Below are positions 1 to 8,695 of a stretch of DNA of 50,002 nucleotides, piece by piece. Positions within the stretch are counted from its first letter, which is position 1. Each line of letters begins with the position of its first letter. The notes under the pieces are model-generated. The model saw only the letters and a list, made by a program, of their open reading frames with translations, was not told the origin of the DNA and ran no database searches. This DNA comes from Shigella phage phiL, in sequence record PP134913; one strand, 5' to 3'. Position numbers and translations under genes: made by a program.

Positions 1-331
1 GAATGCGCATCATTCGAACGCTCCCGCACACAGTAGTAACATGATTACGATCCCAACAATGGCATGACCCATGCAGAAGAACCAGACGGCAGACCATAAT
101 GCAATCGTGTTGAAGTTCATTTCAGTCCCTCGATCTTGTTGTCGCCGATTGAGTTTTCTACTCCCGATTGCGGGTCATCGCCAGGAACGCGCATGTAGAA
201 ATTCCTCACCGCCGTGAAGTTCCATTGACCGCGCCACTTGAAATAGACTCCGTGTTTTGCGCCCATTGCGTAGTGAGTGGATTTTGCCGGGATCATGTGC
301 CCGTTAACGCGGGTTAGTTGAGTTAGGTTGC
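1..331. repeat. Wrap-around overlap, copy 1 (matches 49672..50002 with 3 mismatches)
   Basis: Direct comparison of window ends; differences only at 127, 163, 204 (C here, A in the other copy). Confidence 0.9.
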
Positions 332-344
332 TGTAACGTGGCAT
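117..344 (-). CDS. hypothetical protein (75 aa)
   Basis: ORF in minus-strand early block, inside the terminal overlap. Confidence 0.45.
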   Translation of the reverse strand: MPRYSNLTQLTRVNGHMIPAKSTHYAMGAKHGVYFKWRGQWNFTAVRNFYMRVPGDDPQSGVENSIGDNKIEGLK

Positions 345-350
345 AATTAT

Positions 351-614
351 TTATTCCTCAATTAAAGTGCTGATATCGTCATAACCCTGAAATTCACCGT
401 TCCAGATCAAGAAGCTCGTTACACCTTCGATCTCAACCCACTTACCGTTTTCTTCGAGATACTCCTTGTAAATGTATGGTGAAAGCTCAATCACTGCATA
501 GCGGCGATACTGCACGCCACCATTGATGTTTGAGCAGTAGCGAGCAATGAATATCGCGTGTTGCTTGTTGTGGCGTGTTGCTTCTATTGCGTTACGGTTC
601 TTGACGATTGACAT
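351..614 (-). CDS. hypothetical protein (87 aa)
   Basis: ORF directly downstream of promoter-like element 654..699. Confidence 0.5.
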   Translation of the reverse strand: MSIVKNRNAIEATRHNKQHAIFIARYCSNINGGVQYRRYAVIELSPYIYKEYLEENGKWVEIEGVTSFLIWNGEFQGYDDISTLIEE

Positions 615-653
615 GGTGATTCCTCTGATTGGTATCTCGTTTTGATGGGGTAA

Positions 654-699
654 CTATAGCAAGATACCCCGATCCTGTTTTAACAATTCGTGCTATTTA
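654..699 (-). promoter_or_regulatory. conserved promoter-like element (motif at about -42, hairpin, TATAGT -10)
   Basis: Gene-strand AATAGCACGAATTGTTAAA, 22 nt, TATAGT, then conserved TACCCCATCAAAACGAG leader. Confidence 0.55.
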
Positions 700-1163
700 G
701 TGAGATACTTCACGCCGCTTCCGGCGACCTCGTTCCAACCATCCTCAAAGTGTATGATGCTATAGCAAGTTGCCGAACGCTGGCGAACCTTAGATACAGT
801 GCGCCATACCTTACGGCCTGAGTAACCAGTCAGCACACGCATTCCTGGCAATAACTCACCTGACTTCCTCACTTTAATGGTCACATCATAACAAAGCTCG
901 AACGACTCAAGGCGAACCGGATTGATCATCTCATACATTCGCATAACTTCGTGATCTTCTTTCCATTCGCAGCCGTCGCTAGCCTTAACCGCTTCAATAA
1001 AATTACTCAGCTTGTCAGTGAAATCTCCGTCGTAAGCCTCAATTGCGATGACCGTGTAATGAGTGTACGTGTGCCAGTGCGATCCGGTTTTATGCTCGAA
1101 CGCGAAGAATGACATTTCTCCGTCCAGTTCATCTTTAGCAAGAAATACGGTAATAGTTGTCAT
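693..1163 (-). CDS. hypothetical protein (156 aa)
   Basis: Long ORF, tightly packed with neighbours. Confidence 0.55.
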   Translation of the reverse strand: MTTITVFLAKDELDGEMSFFAFEHKTGSHWHTYTHYTVIAIEAYDGDFTDKLSNFIEAVKASDGCEWKEDHEVMRMYEMINPVRLESFELCYDVTIKVRKSGELLPGMRVLTGYSGRKVWRTVSKVRQRSATCYSIIHFEDGWNEVAGSGVKYLTK

Positions 1164-1165
1164 GA

Positions 1166-1360
1166 TTAAGCCTCAGCAAAGTAAGTGTTAAAGCCTTTGA
1201 GTTTGTAGTCGCTGCCAACTCGCACTACGTTCCAGGTAAGGCCCGAGTGATACGCAACCATATCTTCAATGTCGATCGTGATTTCGGCTCCTTTCTTGAA
1301 CAGACCCTTTTCATGAGTCGAGTCTCGCTGAACAACCACCACGTCAATTTGCGTTTCCAT
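1166..1360 (-). CDS. hypothetical protein (64 aa)
   Basis: ORF downstream of promoter-like element 1392..1437. Confidence 0.5.
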   Translation of the reverse strand: METQIDVVVVQRDSTHEKGLFKKGAEITIDIEDMVAYHSGLTWNVVRVGSDYKLKGFNTYFAEA

Positions 1361-1391
1361 CTTCGTTTCCTCATTCGTTGTCGATGGGATA

Positions 1392-1437
1392 ACTATACCA
1401 GGTTATCCCGATCCGGTTTTAACAAAAAGTGCTATTT
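1392..1437 (-). promoter_or_regulatory. conserved promoter-like element
   Basis: AATAGCACTTTTTGTTAAA, 22 nt, TATAGT, CATCGACAACGA. Confidence 0.55.
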
Positions 1438-1449
1438 ACCGCTCAGTGC

Positions 1450-1605
1450 TCACAGTCCACACTTTTCGATATGCGCTTTCATCTGGCGCACGATCTCATT
1501 GATGCTACTAAGTTGAATGCGGTTCGCGCTCAGTTTTTTAGTATCCAGCTTGAACGTGTCCAAGTGACGGCTAATGCTCTTTTTGCCTTCATTCTTCTTG
1601 TTCAT
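1450..1605 (-). CDS. small hypothetical protein (51 aa), not in ORF track
   Basis: ATG 1605 preceded by GGAGAAG; start abuts stop of 1608..2183. Confidence 0.4.
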   Translation of the reverse strand: MNKKNEGKKSISRHLDTFKLDTKKLSANRIQLSSINEIVRQMKAHIEKCGL

Positions 1606-1607
1606 GA

Positions 1608-2183
1608 TTACTTCTCCTCACCCAGTAAATGTGCGCGGAATTGCTCCACTAGTTTATTGAGATCCGATACCGAGATGTTGCTACCCTCAAACTCTCTCAG
1701 ATCGATTCTGAACGCCTCAACCTTCGCATTGAACACATCGGCTATGCTCTTACGCTTCCGTCCTCTCTTTCCCTGCTTCGCTTCGCCTATGACCTTTTCT
1801 GCTTCCTCACCTTCCAGTTCAGTGATGAATATCGTCACGCCATCCACCTGATCGCGATTGATTCGAACCGACACGGCCTTGTTATGCACCTTGAGCATGT
1901 GGCGCTTGATGATATTGGAAACATACGAAGCGGTGAGTCGTTCGAGCAACCAGGCTGAGCGCGACGTGTACTCGTTAATGATAGCCTCATCAATCTGGTC
2001 CTCGGTTAGCTCAATATCCTGAGTGACCTTTACGATCTCGGCTTGCTCATGCACGTAGATAGCTACCATTTGCTTTCCGGTGATTGAGAACTCACTCCCT
2101 GAATGGTGATTTTCAATCGCCTTGCGAATGTAGTCCGGCAAGTTGAGTTCGAATTCCGTTACTTCTTTAAGCTGAGTTTTCAT
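1608..2183 (-). CDS. hypothetical acidic protein (191 aa)
   Basis: First gene of leftward early block leaving divergent region 2184..2824. Confidence 0.55.
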   Translation of the reverse strand: MKTQLKEVTEFELNLPDYIRKAIENHHSGSEFSITGKQMVAIYVHEQAEIVKVTQDIELTEDQIDEAIINEYTSRSAWLLERLTASYVSNIIKRHMLKVHNKAVSVRINRDQVDGVTIFITELEGEEAEKVIGEAKQGKRGRKRKSIADVFNAKVEAFRIDLREFEGSNISVSDLNKLVEQFRAHLLGEEK

Positions 2184-2592
2184 TTGTCTATACCTCGTTG
2201 TCTACGGGCGTAACTTGCCGCCCCGAAAAACATGTTACAGCAACCTGGCTAGGCGCGTCAATGTCTATAGCTGCATTTTTTATTTTTGTAACCAGTGCAA
2301 CCGATGCAACCGACTTTTTATATAAAAGTACACACATCCATTTCGACGCGTGGAATAGTATGTTTTTTATACTATGCACCATGAAATATATGCCACCCTC
2401 CAAAAATGCGGTTGCACCTATTACGCCGATTACATGCCAATATATAATATAATAAATAAATAAATATATATTATCTATCTTATTATTATATATAGATATT
2501 TTAGTATAGTTAGGCTCATCCCTTCGAGGCCATTTTGTAACACCCATGATAGTATACAACTATTACGACAATTACAACGACAATATAGACGG

Positions 2593-2610
2593 ATAGCACT
2601 TTTTGCTAAA
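2593..2610 (+). promoter_or_regulatory. motif copy in divergent control region
   Basis: ATAGCACTTTTTGCTAAA. Confidence 0.4.
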
Positions 2611-2796
2611 AATGGAGATGGCTACCAGGCGAGCCGGGTAACACTAAATCCTCCCTCTCACAATCATTGCATTCTCATCAACAAATCAACCAACTGTTGC
2701 ACACCATGCAATAATCACGTTTCATCATTCGAGATCAATCGGGATCGCAATTATTCCACATATTCCAGTATTGATGGAATAATGAGCAATTATTGG

Positions 2797-2816
2797 AATA
2801 GCATTTTTCGCTAACG
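2797..2816 (+). promoter_or_regulatory. motif copy immediately upstream of methyltransferase-like gene start
   Basis: AATAGCATTTTTCGCTAACG ending 9 nt before ATG 2825. Confidence 0.4.
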
Positions 2817-2824
2817 ACTTAGCT

Positions 2825-3580
2825 ATGTTGGCAGGGTATGATTCATCACATCAACCAATCAGTATGGGATTTGCAATGAAACTAATTTGGTCACTATTCG
2901 ACGGTTCCGGCCTTGCTGGTCATGAACTGGCTAAGCAAGGTCATAAGGTGATGTGCTTCAACTTTGACGGGGCCGATCACGGAGATTATGCAAAGTACAA
3001 TGCCCGGGTAGAGCATCCGAATATTGAGTATGTGAACGTCTTCATTGATGATAAGTTCGAACGTGATGCGATCGCTGGTGTGTATGGCAAGCCGGATTTA
3101 ATCATGGCCTTTCCTCCATGCACTGACCTAGCTGTTAGTGGCGCTCGTCACTTTGCAAGTAAGCGTGAGCGCGATCCGTTATTCCAGGAGAAGGCTGTTG
3201 CAACCGCACGGATTGCTGCGAATATTGGCGACGCCCTGGGCGTGACCTACATCATTGAGAATCCGGTTAGCGTTCTGTCATCTGCCTGGAGAAAACCAGA
3301 TCACTCATTCAATCCCTGGGAGTATGGCGGCTATCTTCCCGAGAATGACTCACACCCCTGGTTCCCGATGTATATTGCGCCGCGCGATGCTTACCCGAAA
3401 AAGACGTGTCTTTGGACCTCGGACGATTTTGTCATGCCGGAGAGAAAGCCAGTAAGCCTGCCTGACGGGTACTCTGCGCAGCAAAACAAGCTGGGCGGCA
3501 AGTCGGCAAAGACAAAGCTGATACGATCCTTGTCGCCGCGTGGATTTTTCAAAGCGATCGCAAATAGCACTTTTTGTTAA
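2825..3580 (+). CDS. compact DNA cytosine-C5 methyltransferase-like protein (251 aa)
   Basis: Ordered motifs LFDGSGLAG (motif I-like), FPPCTDLAVSG (PC catalytic motif), IIENP (ENV-like); start codon uncertain. Confidence 0.5.
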   Translation: MLAGYDSSHQPISMGFAMKLIWSLFDGSGLAGHELAKQGHKVMCFNFDGADHGDYAKYNARVEHPNIEYVNVFIDDKFERDAIAGVYGKPDLIMAFPPCTDLAVSGARHFASKRERDPLFQEKAVATARIAANIGDALGVTYIIENPVSVLSSAWRKPDHSFNPWEYGGYLPENDSHPWFPMYIAPRDAYPKKTCLWTSDDFVMPERKPVSLPDGYSAQQNKLGGKSAKTKLIRSLSPRGFFKAIANSTFC

Positions 3581-3607
3581 AACTCGATCGGTGTGATTTG
3601 GCATAAT
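3563..3607 (+). promoter_or_regulatory. conserved promoter-like element
   Basis: AATAGCACTTTTTGTTAAA ... CATAAT TACCTCATCGAAACGAG. Confidence 0.5.
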
Positions 3608-3645
3608 TACCTCATCGAAACGAGATACACATCAGGAGCAGGAAA

Positions 3646-3981
3646 ATGAAATACGAAAATCGCGGTAACGAAATCATCAAAATCGAAAACGGCGTTGAGT
3701 ACATCATGGTAGCTTGCAAGGTTAACGGCATGGATTCCTTCGTATGGGAAGAAATCAAAACTGAAGACAAAGCTGCTAAATTCCTGACCTGTGTTAACCA
3801 GCCGGACGCGGAACGTGACACCTTCACCCGTTACGGTAAATATGAAATCGTTCGCGAGACTTCATGCTTCTGGTGGGTTAAGCCTAACAGCCAGTACAAA
3901 TTCCCGCGCAAAATAAGCAAGCGCACCATGCGTGAAGCTGGCTTCAAGAAAGCGTATGCCGCTGAGTTCGATATTGATTAA
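3646..3981 (+). CDS. hypothetical protein (111 aa)
   Basis: RBS CAGGAG upstream; promoter element 3563..3607. Confidence 0.5.
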   Translation: MKYENRGNEIIKIENGVEYIMVACKVNGMDSFVWEEIKTEDKAAKFLTCVNQPDAERDTFTRYGKYEIVRETSCFWWVKPNSQYKFPRKISKRTMREAGFKKAYAAEFDID

Positions 3982-4024
3982 TAGCACGAATTGCTAAACG
4001 CCCCGAAGGTGATCGGGGTATAGT
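3980..4024 (+). promoter_or_regulatory. conserved promoter-like element
   Basis: AATAGCACGAATTGCTAAA, 22 nt containing hairpin CCCCGA/TCGGGG, TATAGT. Confidence 0.55.
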
Positions 4025-4055
4025 AAACACATCAACAGCAAACGAGGAAAGAATC

Positions 4056-4427
4056 ATGCTTAAGCAGTTCACTGACCTGGACTTCTCAGCCAGCGAAGCA
4101 ATACATACTGACGAAAAAGAGCAGATTGCGATCGAGAACATTGCGCGCAAGATTTACAACAAGCAAGAGAAGTCCGTGAGGGCCGCTCTGATCGCTTATT
4201 ACGGCGTAAGTGATGCAATGGAGTGTGTTAACCGCGTAACGCGCGTGATGGACCATTTTGGCGTGTCTCGCTTCGTAGATAAAGATACTGGAGAGACGAT
4301 AATCCAGCTTAACAATCCATCAATGCGTACCGAGCTTGGCAATATTGCATTATGGGGAGTGGCAAACTACTCAATCACCGTCAATTCCTGCATTGCGCAC
4401 AGTGTTAAGGAGGCATTGTATGAGTGA
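4056..4427 (+). CDS. hypothetical protein (123 aa)
   Basis: RBS GAGGAAAG; promoter element 3980..4024. Confidence 0.5.
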   Translation: MLKQFTDLDFSASEAIHTDEKEQIAIENIARKIYNKQEKSVRAALIAYYGVSDAMECVNRVTRVMDHFGVSRFVDKDTGETIIQLNNPSMRTELGNIALWGVANYSITVNSCIAHSVKEALYE

Positions 4428-4620
4428 TAATATTTACCGCGTGGTGGCGATCTCACGCAAGACGCAAAAGAGCGTAGTTGCCTACATGGGAAATAGCGCA
4501 ATTGAGGCAACAGACGCCTTCGAGCTACTGAAGAATAACGAAGGATTTATGAACACGTTCCGAGTTCGACTTGAGCGTCTCGAACCTGTTATCATTGATG
4601 AAGCGCGAAAGCTATCCTGA
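4420..4620 (+). CDS. hypothetical protein (66 aa)
   Basis: ATG 4420 after AAGGAGG; overlaps upstream stop (trimmed from track ORF 4336..4620). Confidence 0.45.
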   Translation: MSDNIYRVVAISRKTQKSVVAYMGNSAIEATDAFELLKNNEGFMNTFRVRLERLEPVIIDEARKLS

Positions 4621-4636
4621 CTGGTTAGGGGGAATA

Positions 4637-4957
4637 ATGAACCACACTTATAAAATCACAACGAAATCACCGAAGATTAACGGAAGCACTGTCGCGGCAT
4701 TGAATAACGCGGCAGCAATCCACGAAAAAAACATCATGGAGCGCGTGAAGGCGGCAGTAGGCCGATTCTATGGAATCAACGCTGATATCGCCGACAGCAA
4801 GCGACTGTTCAAATACGTGCCAGGTCATCCATATAGACGGATGATCGATATTAAGCATGATAAAGAACTGGTTCGAATCGGATCTCTTATCATTGACGAG
4901 TTCGACCATAGCATCAACCTTGTGACGGCGTATCAAACATGGGACGGTAAAAAATGA
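4637..4957 (+). CDS. hypothetical protein (106 aa)
   Basis: ATG 4637 after AGGGGGA; trimmed from track ORF 4571..4957. Confidence 0.45.
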   Translation: MNHTYKITTKSPKINGSTVAALNNAAAIHEKNIMERVKAAVGRFYGINADIADSKRLFKYVPGHPYRRMIDIKHDKELVRIGSLIIDEFDHSINLVTAYQTWDGKK

Positions 4958-5097
4958 TTTATATTCACACTTTCTATACTGGCAAATTTAACAGCGTAAA
5001 AAATGTTCGCGTTTACGATAGTCACCAAAAAGCAATGATGCAGAAAGTAGTTCTAGGTGGAACAATCAAAGAGTGTAAAGTAATTTCCGAGTACTGA
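4954..5097 (+). CDS. small hypothetical protein (47 aa)
   Basis: ATGA overlap with upstream stop; not in ORF track. Confidence 0.3.
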   Translation: MIYIHTFYTGKFNSVKNVRVYDSHQKAMMQKVVLGGTIKECKVISEY

Positions 5098-5141
5098 TAG
5101 CACTAATTGCTAAAGACAATAAATAGGGAGTAAGGTATATT
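5097..5141 (+). promoter_or_regulatory. conserved promoter-like element
   Basis: GATAGCACTAATTGCTAAAG ... TATATT within hairpin GGGAGTAA/TTACTCCC. Confidence 0.5.
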
Positions 5142-5174
5142 ACTCCCACACCAAACGAAATAAAGGAATTAAAA

Positions 5175-5399
5175 ATGAGTATTAAAGTTGAGAATATCAT
5201 CAAGAATCTGAACTCGAAAGGGCGTGTAGTTATAAAAATGGATAAGTCTTCCGGTTTTGTTTCAATGACGGTAACTAAGGCTCGGAACGGTAATAACGTT
5301 ATTGGCAGCACACCAGGATCGCGCTTAGTAAATGCAACAGATGCGGATGTTCGCGCAACGCTTGAGGCTAACTCGATTTACATTAATTCATGGAGCTAA
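5175..5399 (+). CDS. hypothetical protein (74 aa)
   Basis: Promoter element 5097..5141 upstream. Confidence 0.5.
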   Translation: MSIKVENIIKNLNSKGRVVIKMDKSSGFVSMTVTKARNGNNVIGSTPGSRLVNATDADVRATLEANSIYINSWS

Positions 5400-5402
5400 T
5401 TA

Positions 5403-5615
5403 ATGGAACAGGATAATTTCTGGACTCGTTATTTTGCCGCGCTTGATGCCGGGCTTAGTGCGGAATGGTGTATCAATGTTGCATATAAAGAAATTACGCT
5501 TGACGACGCACTAGGGAATATGGATATGGACGCAGAAAGTGAATATAATCCCGACTTCGAGATGCCCGGCGATGATATTGGTGATAATGACGACGACGAT
5601 TATATTCCCTGGTAA
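5403..5615 (+). CDS. hypothetical acidic protein (70 aa)
   Basis: ORF 3 nt after upstream stop; Asp-rich C-terminus. Confidence 0.5.
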   Translation: MEQDNFWTRYFAALDAGLSAEWCINVAYKEITLDDALGNMDMDAESEYNPDFEMPGDDIGDNDDDDYIPW

Positions 5616-5659
5616 ATAGCACGATTTGTTAATATTTCCGTAAGGTCATTTGATAAAGT
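5615..5659 (+). promoter_or_regulatory. conserved promoter-like element
   Basis: AATAGCACGATTTGTTAAT ... TAAAGT. Confidence 0.45.
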
Positions 5660-5686
5660 GGCCTTATTCAAGATAACCAATCAGGA

Positions 5687-6112
5687 GTGAACGCAATGAA
5701 ATCCATCAAACTTAAATGTACTTCCGCAGACAAAATCACAGGATTTGAAGTTAACAACCTGTACAAAGGTCGAGAGCGCTACGATGGCACTCGTGAGGTT
5801 AAGTTAAAGTGCGGTAAGTATTTAAAACTTGATAAGCATGATGAATTACAGATTCACGGATCTGATGAAATCTTCTTCGCAAAATTCACTGAACTTAAAA
5901 CAAAAACACTCAAGTGTACCGGGCTTGACCATCGCAACCCAATGAAAAAATCATTCAAAGTTGGCAAGCGTTACCAGGTGGAAAGCGGTCGCGCTCTCGG
6001 TGGAGTGGCTGGTTACATCTTTGATGAGGACGGTTGCCGCTGGACATTATTCCGCGAAGAGGTTGGTTTTAGTATTGCTGACGGCACAACCTTTGAGGCC
6101 AAATACTTATAA
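5687..6112 (+). CDS. hypothetical protein (141 aa)
   Basis: RBS CAGGAGTG; promoter element 5615..5659. Confidence 0.5.
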   Translation: MNAMKSIKLKCTSADKITGFEVNNLYKGRERYDGTREVKLKCGKYLKLDKHDELQIHGSDEIFFAKFTELKTKTLKCTGLDHRNPMKKSFKVGKRYQVESGRALGGVAGYIFDEDGCRWTLFREEVGFSIADGTTFEAKYL

Positions 6113-6114
6113 CC

Positions 6115-6159
6115 AATAGCACTTTTTGCAAAACGCGTGTACCATTGGCGGTGTATCAT
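6115..6159 (+). promoter_or_regulatory. conserved promoter-like element
   Basis: AATAGCACTTTTTGCAAAA ... TATCAT in hairpin CGGTGT/ACACCG. Confidence 0.5.
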
Positions 6160-6188
6160 TCACACCGTCAACTAAGGAGTTTATTGTG

Positions 6189-7757
6189 ATGTTTAATATT
6201 AAGCCAAAACTGAATTACCAACAGATTATTGAGATCGCAAATAGCACTGGAGTGAATCCGGTGGCGATCGCAATTCGTGAAAACAGTTACGGGGATTCAG
6301 TTTCTTTTTGGCAAGATCCGATCGATATCAACAGCGGAAACGATAAGTTCCCTCTGATTTCGTTAGGTGGCGATAACCTGGTATTCGAATATGCAAAAGC
6401 AAAAGCTGAATCAGTCCAGTTCCCGGTTTCATCCGCGTATGCTCATTTTATCGGTTGCATATCAGCCGCGATGCTCGGGAAGTTTTGGGTGCAATATCAT
6501 GGAGAAGAACAGCCGACAGCGCTTTACATGGTAATTAGTCAGCCACCATCAACAGGTAAATCAGCGATTAACTCAGCGGCGATTACACCTATGCGTGCGG
6601 AGATTCAGCGACTGAATGAAGAGCGCAAAAAGGAACGTATCCGTTTAACCAGTCAGCTACGTCAGGTCGAGAAGGAAATAAAAAACGATCCGAAGGGTAA
6701 CACGACGGCGGCTCTGTACGAGGACAAAGAAAAACTGGAAGAGAAGATCAAGAAGATGGCTGATATTGTTTTCGCGGTATCAGATCCTACACCTGAAGGT
6801 CTTGCGAAAGTGGCGGCAGTGCAAGGTCACTTTTCCGTAATATCTGACGAGGCAACGGCAATCAATACATTGCTCGGGCTTACGTATGGCGGTTCAGATA
6901 AGAAATCTAACAGTGAGCTTATCCTTAAGGCGTGGGATAAAAACCATATGGAGGTCGCGCGTTCAAATCAGGACAACAACTTATCTCTTTGCCCGGTCGG
7001 TTCGATCTGCGTCATTGCGCAGGATGAAACAATCAATGGTATCATGGATGCAGGCCAGCGAGGTATCGGTGTATCCGAACGTTTCTTGTTGGTTCGCGAG
7101 GAGCCGCTTTTAGGTACTCGTATTCTTTGTGATGAAAATGGCGATGCGCTGTATAAGGAAGTCGATCGAGGATTGGTTAGTAAATATTATCGACTCGTGC
7201 ACAACATCATGAAGGAGGACAACGTTGTTCTCTCTGTGAGCCGTAATGCTATGCGTGAATTAAACCTTGCTCGCCAGGAGATGGAGCCTGATTTCGCTGC
7301 CGGGGGGAAATACTCTCACTCAATGCTTCGCGGTCATCTCGGCAAGTTCGATAAGCACGCTTTGCGTATTGCTTCAGTTCTCCACACGATCAAGAATTGG
7401 GAGGGTGAATCACCGAACCGTTCCAACCGTGAGATTGACCTTGAAACAATGCAGGAAGCGATCATGATCTTCAATGAGCTTTCCAGGACTTATCTGTCGT
7501 CTGCCAGCGCTGCCGGGTATGCTGGTGATGAGGCTGAATCTCGTAAGCTGATTGATGTTATCACTGAGATCGCGAAGAAGAACAAAGGCCGCGCACCTAT
7601 TCATAGTATTGTTGCAAAGTGCCGGAACGTTACGCCGTTCAACGGTCAACAGAAAGTATCTGAGCGAATCGACAGCCTTCTGATTACGCTCGAAGAGATG
7701 AACTACACTTGCCGAATTGATGATATTGTTTTCATCAATCCTCGACTGATGGGTTAA
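6189..7757 (+). CDS. P-loop NTPase, function unknown (523 aa)
   Basis: Walker A-like QPPSTGKS and Walker B-like VIAQDE; AAGGAG RBS before ATG 6189; promoter element 6115..6159. Confidence 0.55.
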   Translation: MFNIKPKLNYQQIIEIANSTGVNPVAIAIRENSYGDSVSFWQDPIDINSGNDKFPLISLGGDNLVFEYAKAKAESVQFPVSSAYAHFIGCISAAMLGKFWVQYHGEEQPTALYMVISQPPSTGKSAINSAAITPMRAEIQRLNEERKKERIRLTSQLRQVEKEIKNDPKGNTTAALYEDKEKLEEKIKKMADIVFAVSDPTPEGLAKVAAVQGHFSVISDEATAINTLLGLTYGGSDKKSNSELILKAWDKNHMEVARSNQDNNLSLCPVGSICVIAQDETINGIMDAGQRGIGVSERFLLVREEPLLGTRILCDENGDALYKEVDRGLVSKYYRLVHNIMKEDNVVLSVSRNAMRELNLARQEMEPDFAAGGKYSHSMLRGHLGKFDKHALRIASVLHTIKNWEGESPNRSNREIDLETMQEAIMIFNELSRTYLSSASAAGYAGDEAESRKLIDVITEIAKKNKGRAPIHSIVAKCRNVTPFNGQQKVSERIDSLLITLEEMNYTCRIDDIVFINPRLMG

Positions 7758-7761
7758 TTAT

Positions 7762-8169
7762 ATGCTTCTTCTTTTAGATCTGTTCAGGTTCTGCGAAGGT
7801 TACGACAAATACACTCGTCAGCACATAGCGAAATTTATATACGCCCACAAGGAAAGTGAGCGATTTGCTAAGGCCGCCGGGATGACTCACCGTGAATTTA
7901 CAAGCGCGCTATCTAAGGAGTTTTGCGCTCGTTGCGTTACTGATGGTTACTTGGATCGTAAGGATGGATTTTACTGGTGCAAGGGAAAGATCAAGCGCCC
8001 GGTAATGATGAAGCTGATGTGTATTGATGGCTACAACAATCGATATACGTGGGAAATGATGCATATTGGAGAAATGAGTGATGAGGAATTGTTTGGCGAA
8101 CGTAGAAACGTTGATAGATCGGAACGTCGAATTGTGCGCAAGACTCCAGCTTACGAAAGAAGAATTTGA
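7762..8169 (+). CDS. hypothetical protein (135 aa)
   Basis: Last ORF of plus early block before terminator 8284..8307. Confidence 0.4.
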   Translation: MLLLLDLFRFCEGYDKYTRQHIAKFIYAHKESERFAKAAGMTHREFTSALSKEFCARCVTDGYLDRKDGFYWCKGKIKRPVMMKLMCIDGYNNRYTWEMMHIGEMSDEELFGERRNVDRSERRIVRKTPAYERRI

Positions 8170-8283
8170 ACAAGGATTGCTCAGTCTATTGCTTACTTCT
8201 ATGAGGGCAAATAACGACAGTGAGCACAATCTTTGCGATCAGGAGGGCGAATTACTCCTCCATGTAAAAAGGCACAAATAAGA

Positions 8284-8307
8284 AAGGAGGCTAAGCCTCC
8301 TTTTTTT
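8284..8307. terminator. intrinsic terminator between converging plus early block and lysis cassette
   Basis: Hairpin GGAGGCTAAGCCTCC followed by 7 T. Confidence 0.65.
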
Positions 8308-8695
8308 CGCCCTTACGAATTGAAAAATAAACCAGCAACAGACCAATGAGAACGAGGGTCCAACCAACTATAGGATCATACCAGTTTCCGGGCTTAGTCA
8401 CAGTGATGCTTTCAGCGTTAACCGTGTTAGCCTTAATGGTTGACACTTCAATTGACTTCTTCACGGAAGAGTCAACCTTTCCTACATTGGACTTTTCAAC
8501 TTTAACATCTCGCTTATCTTCGGATTTTGCGGTTACTCCTGCTAATTGCTTTGTGTTCTCCTCTCCAATCTGTGCTGTAACTTCCGGTTTAGATCCGATT
8601 AAACCGCTCAGGGCAGATGGCATCGAGCAACCGGATAGAGAAATAACACCAACAGCCACTACAATCGCAATGCATGTTTTCTTCAGTTTCATCAT
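8291..8695 (-). CDS. unimolecular spanin (N-terminal lipoprotein signal plus C-terminal TM)
   Basis: Lipobox LSGC at N-terminus, hydrophobic segment [13 protein letters not shown] near C-terminus; last gene of lysis cassette. Confidence 0.65.
   Translation of the reverse strand: MMKLKKTCIAIVVAVGVISLSGCSMPSALSGLIGSKPEVTAQIGEENTKQLAGVTAKSEDKRDVKVEKSNVGKVDSSVKKSIEVSTIKANTVNAESITVTKPGNWYDPIVGWTLVLIGLLLVYFSIRKGEKKEA

Noticed and set aside
2188-2559. Track ORFs 2188..2559 (-) and 2198..2452 (+)
   Set aside because: They lie in the AT-rich divergent control region, lack RBS, and overlap each other on opposite strands.
3551-3580. C-terminal AIANSTFC of the methyltransferase-like ORF as C5-MTase motif X (GNSV-like)
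   Set aside because: These residues are simply the translation of a motif copy (gcaaatagcactttttgttaa), as also seen at the end of ORF 46685..46903 (NSTNC), so the match is coincidental.
8078-8281. ORF 8078..8281 (+) with GTG start
   Set aside because: Overlaps the 3' end of 7762..8169 in another frame with no RBS; may be real but unsupported.
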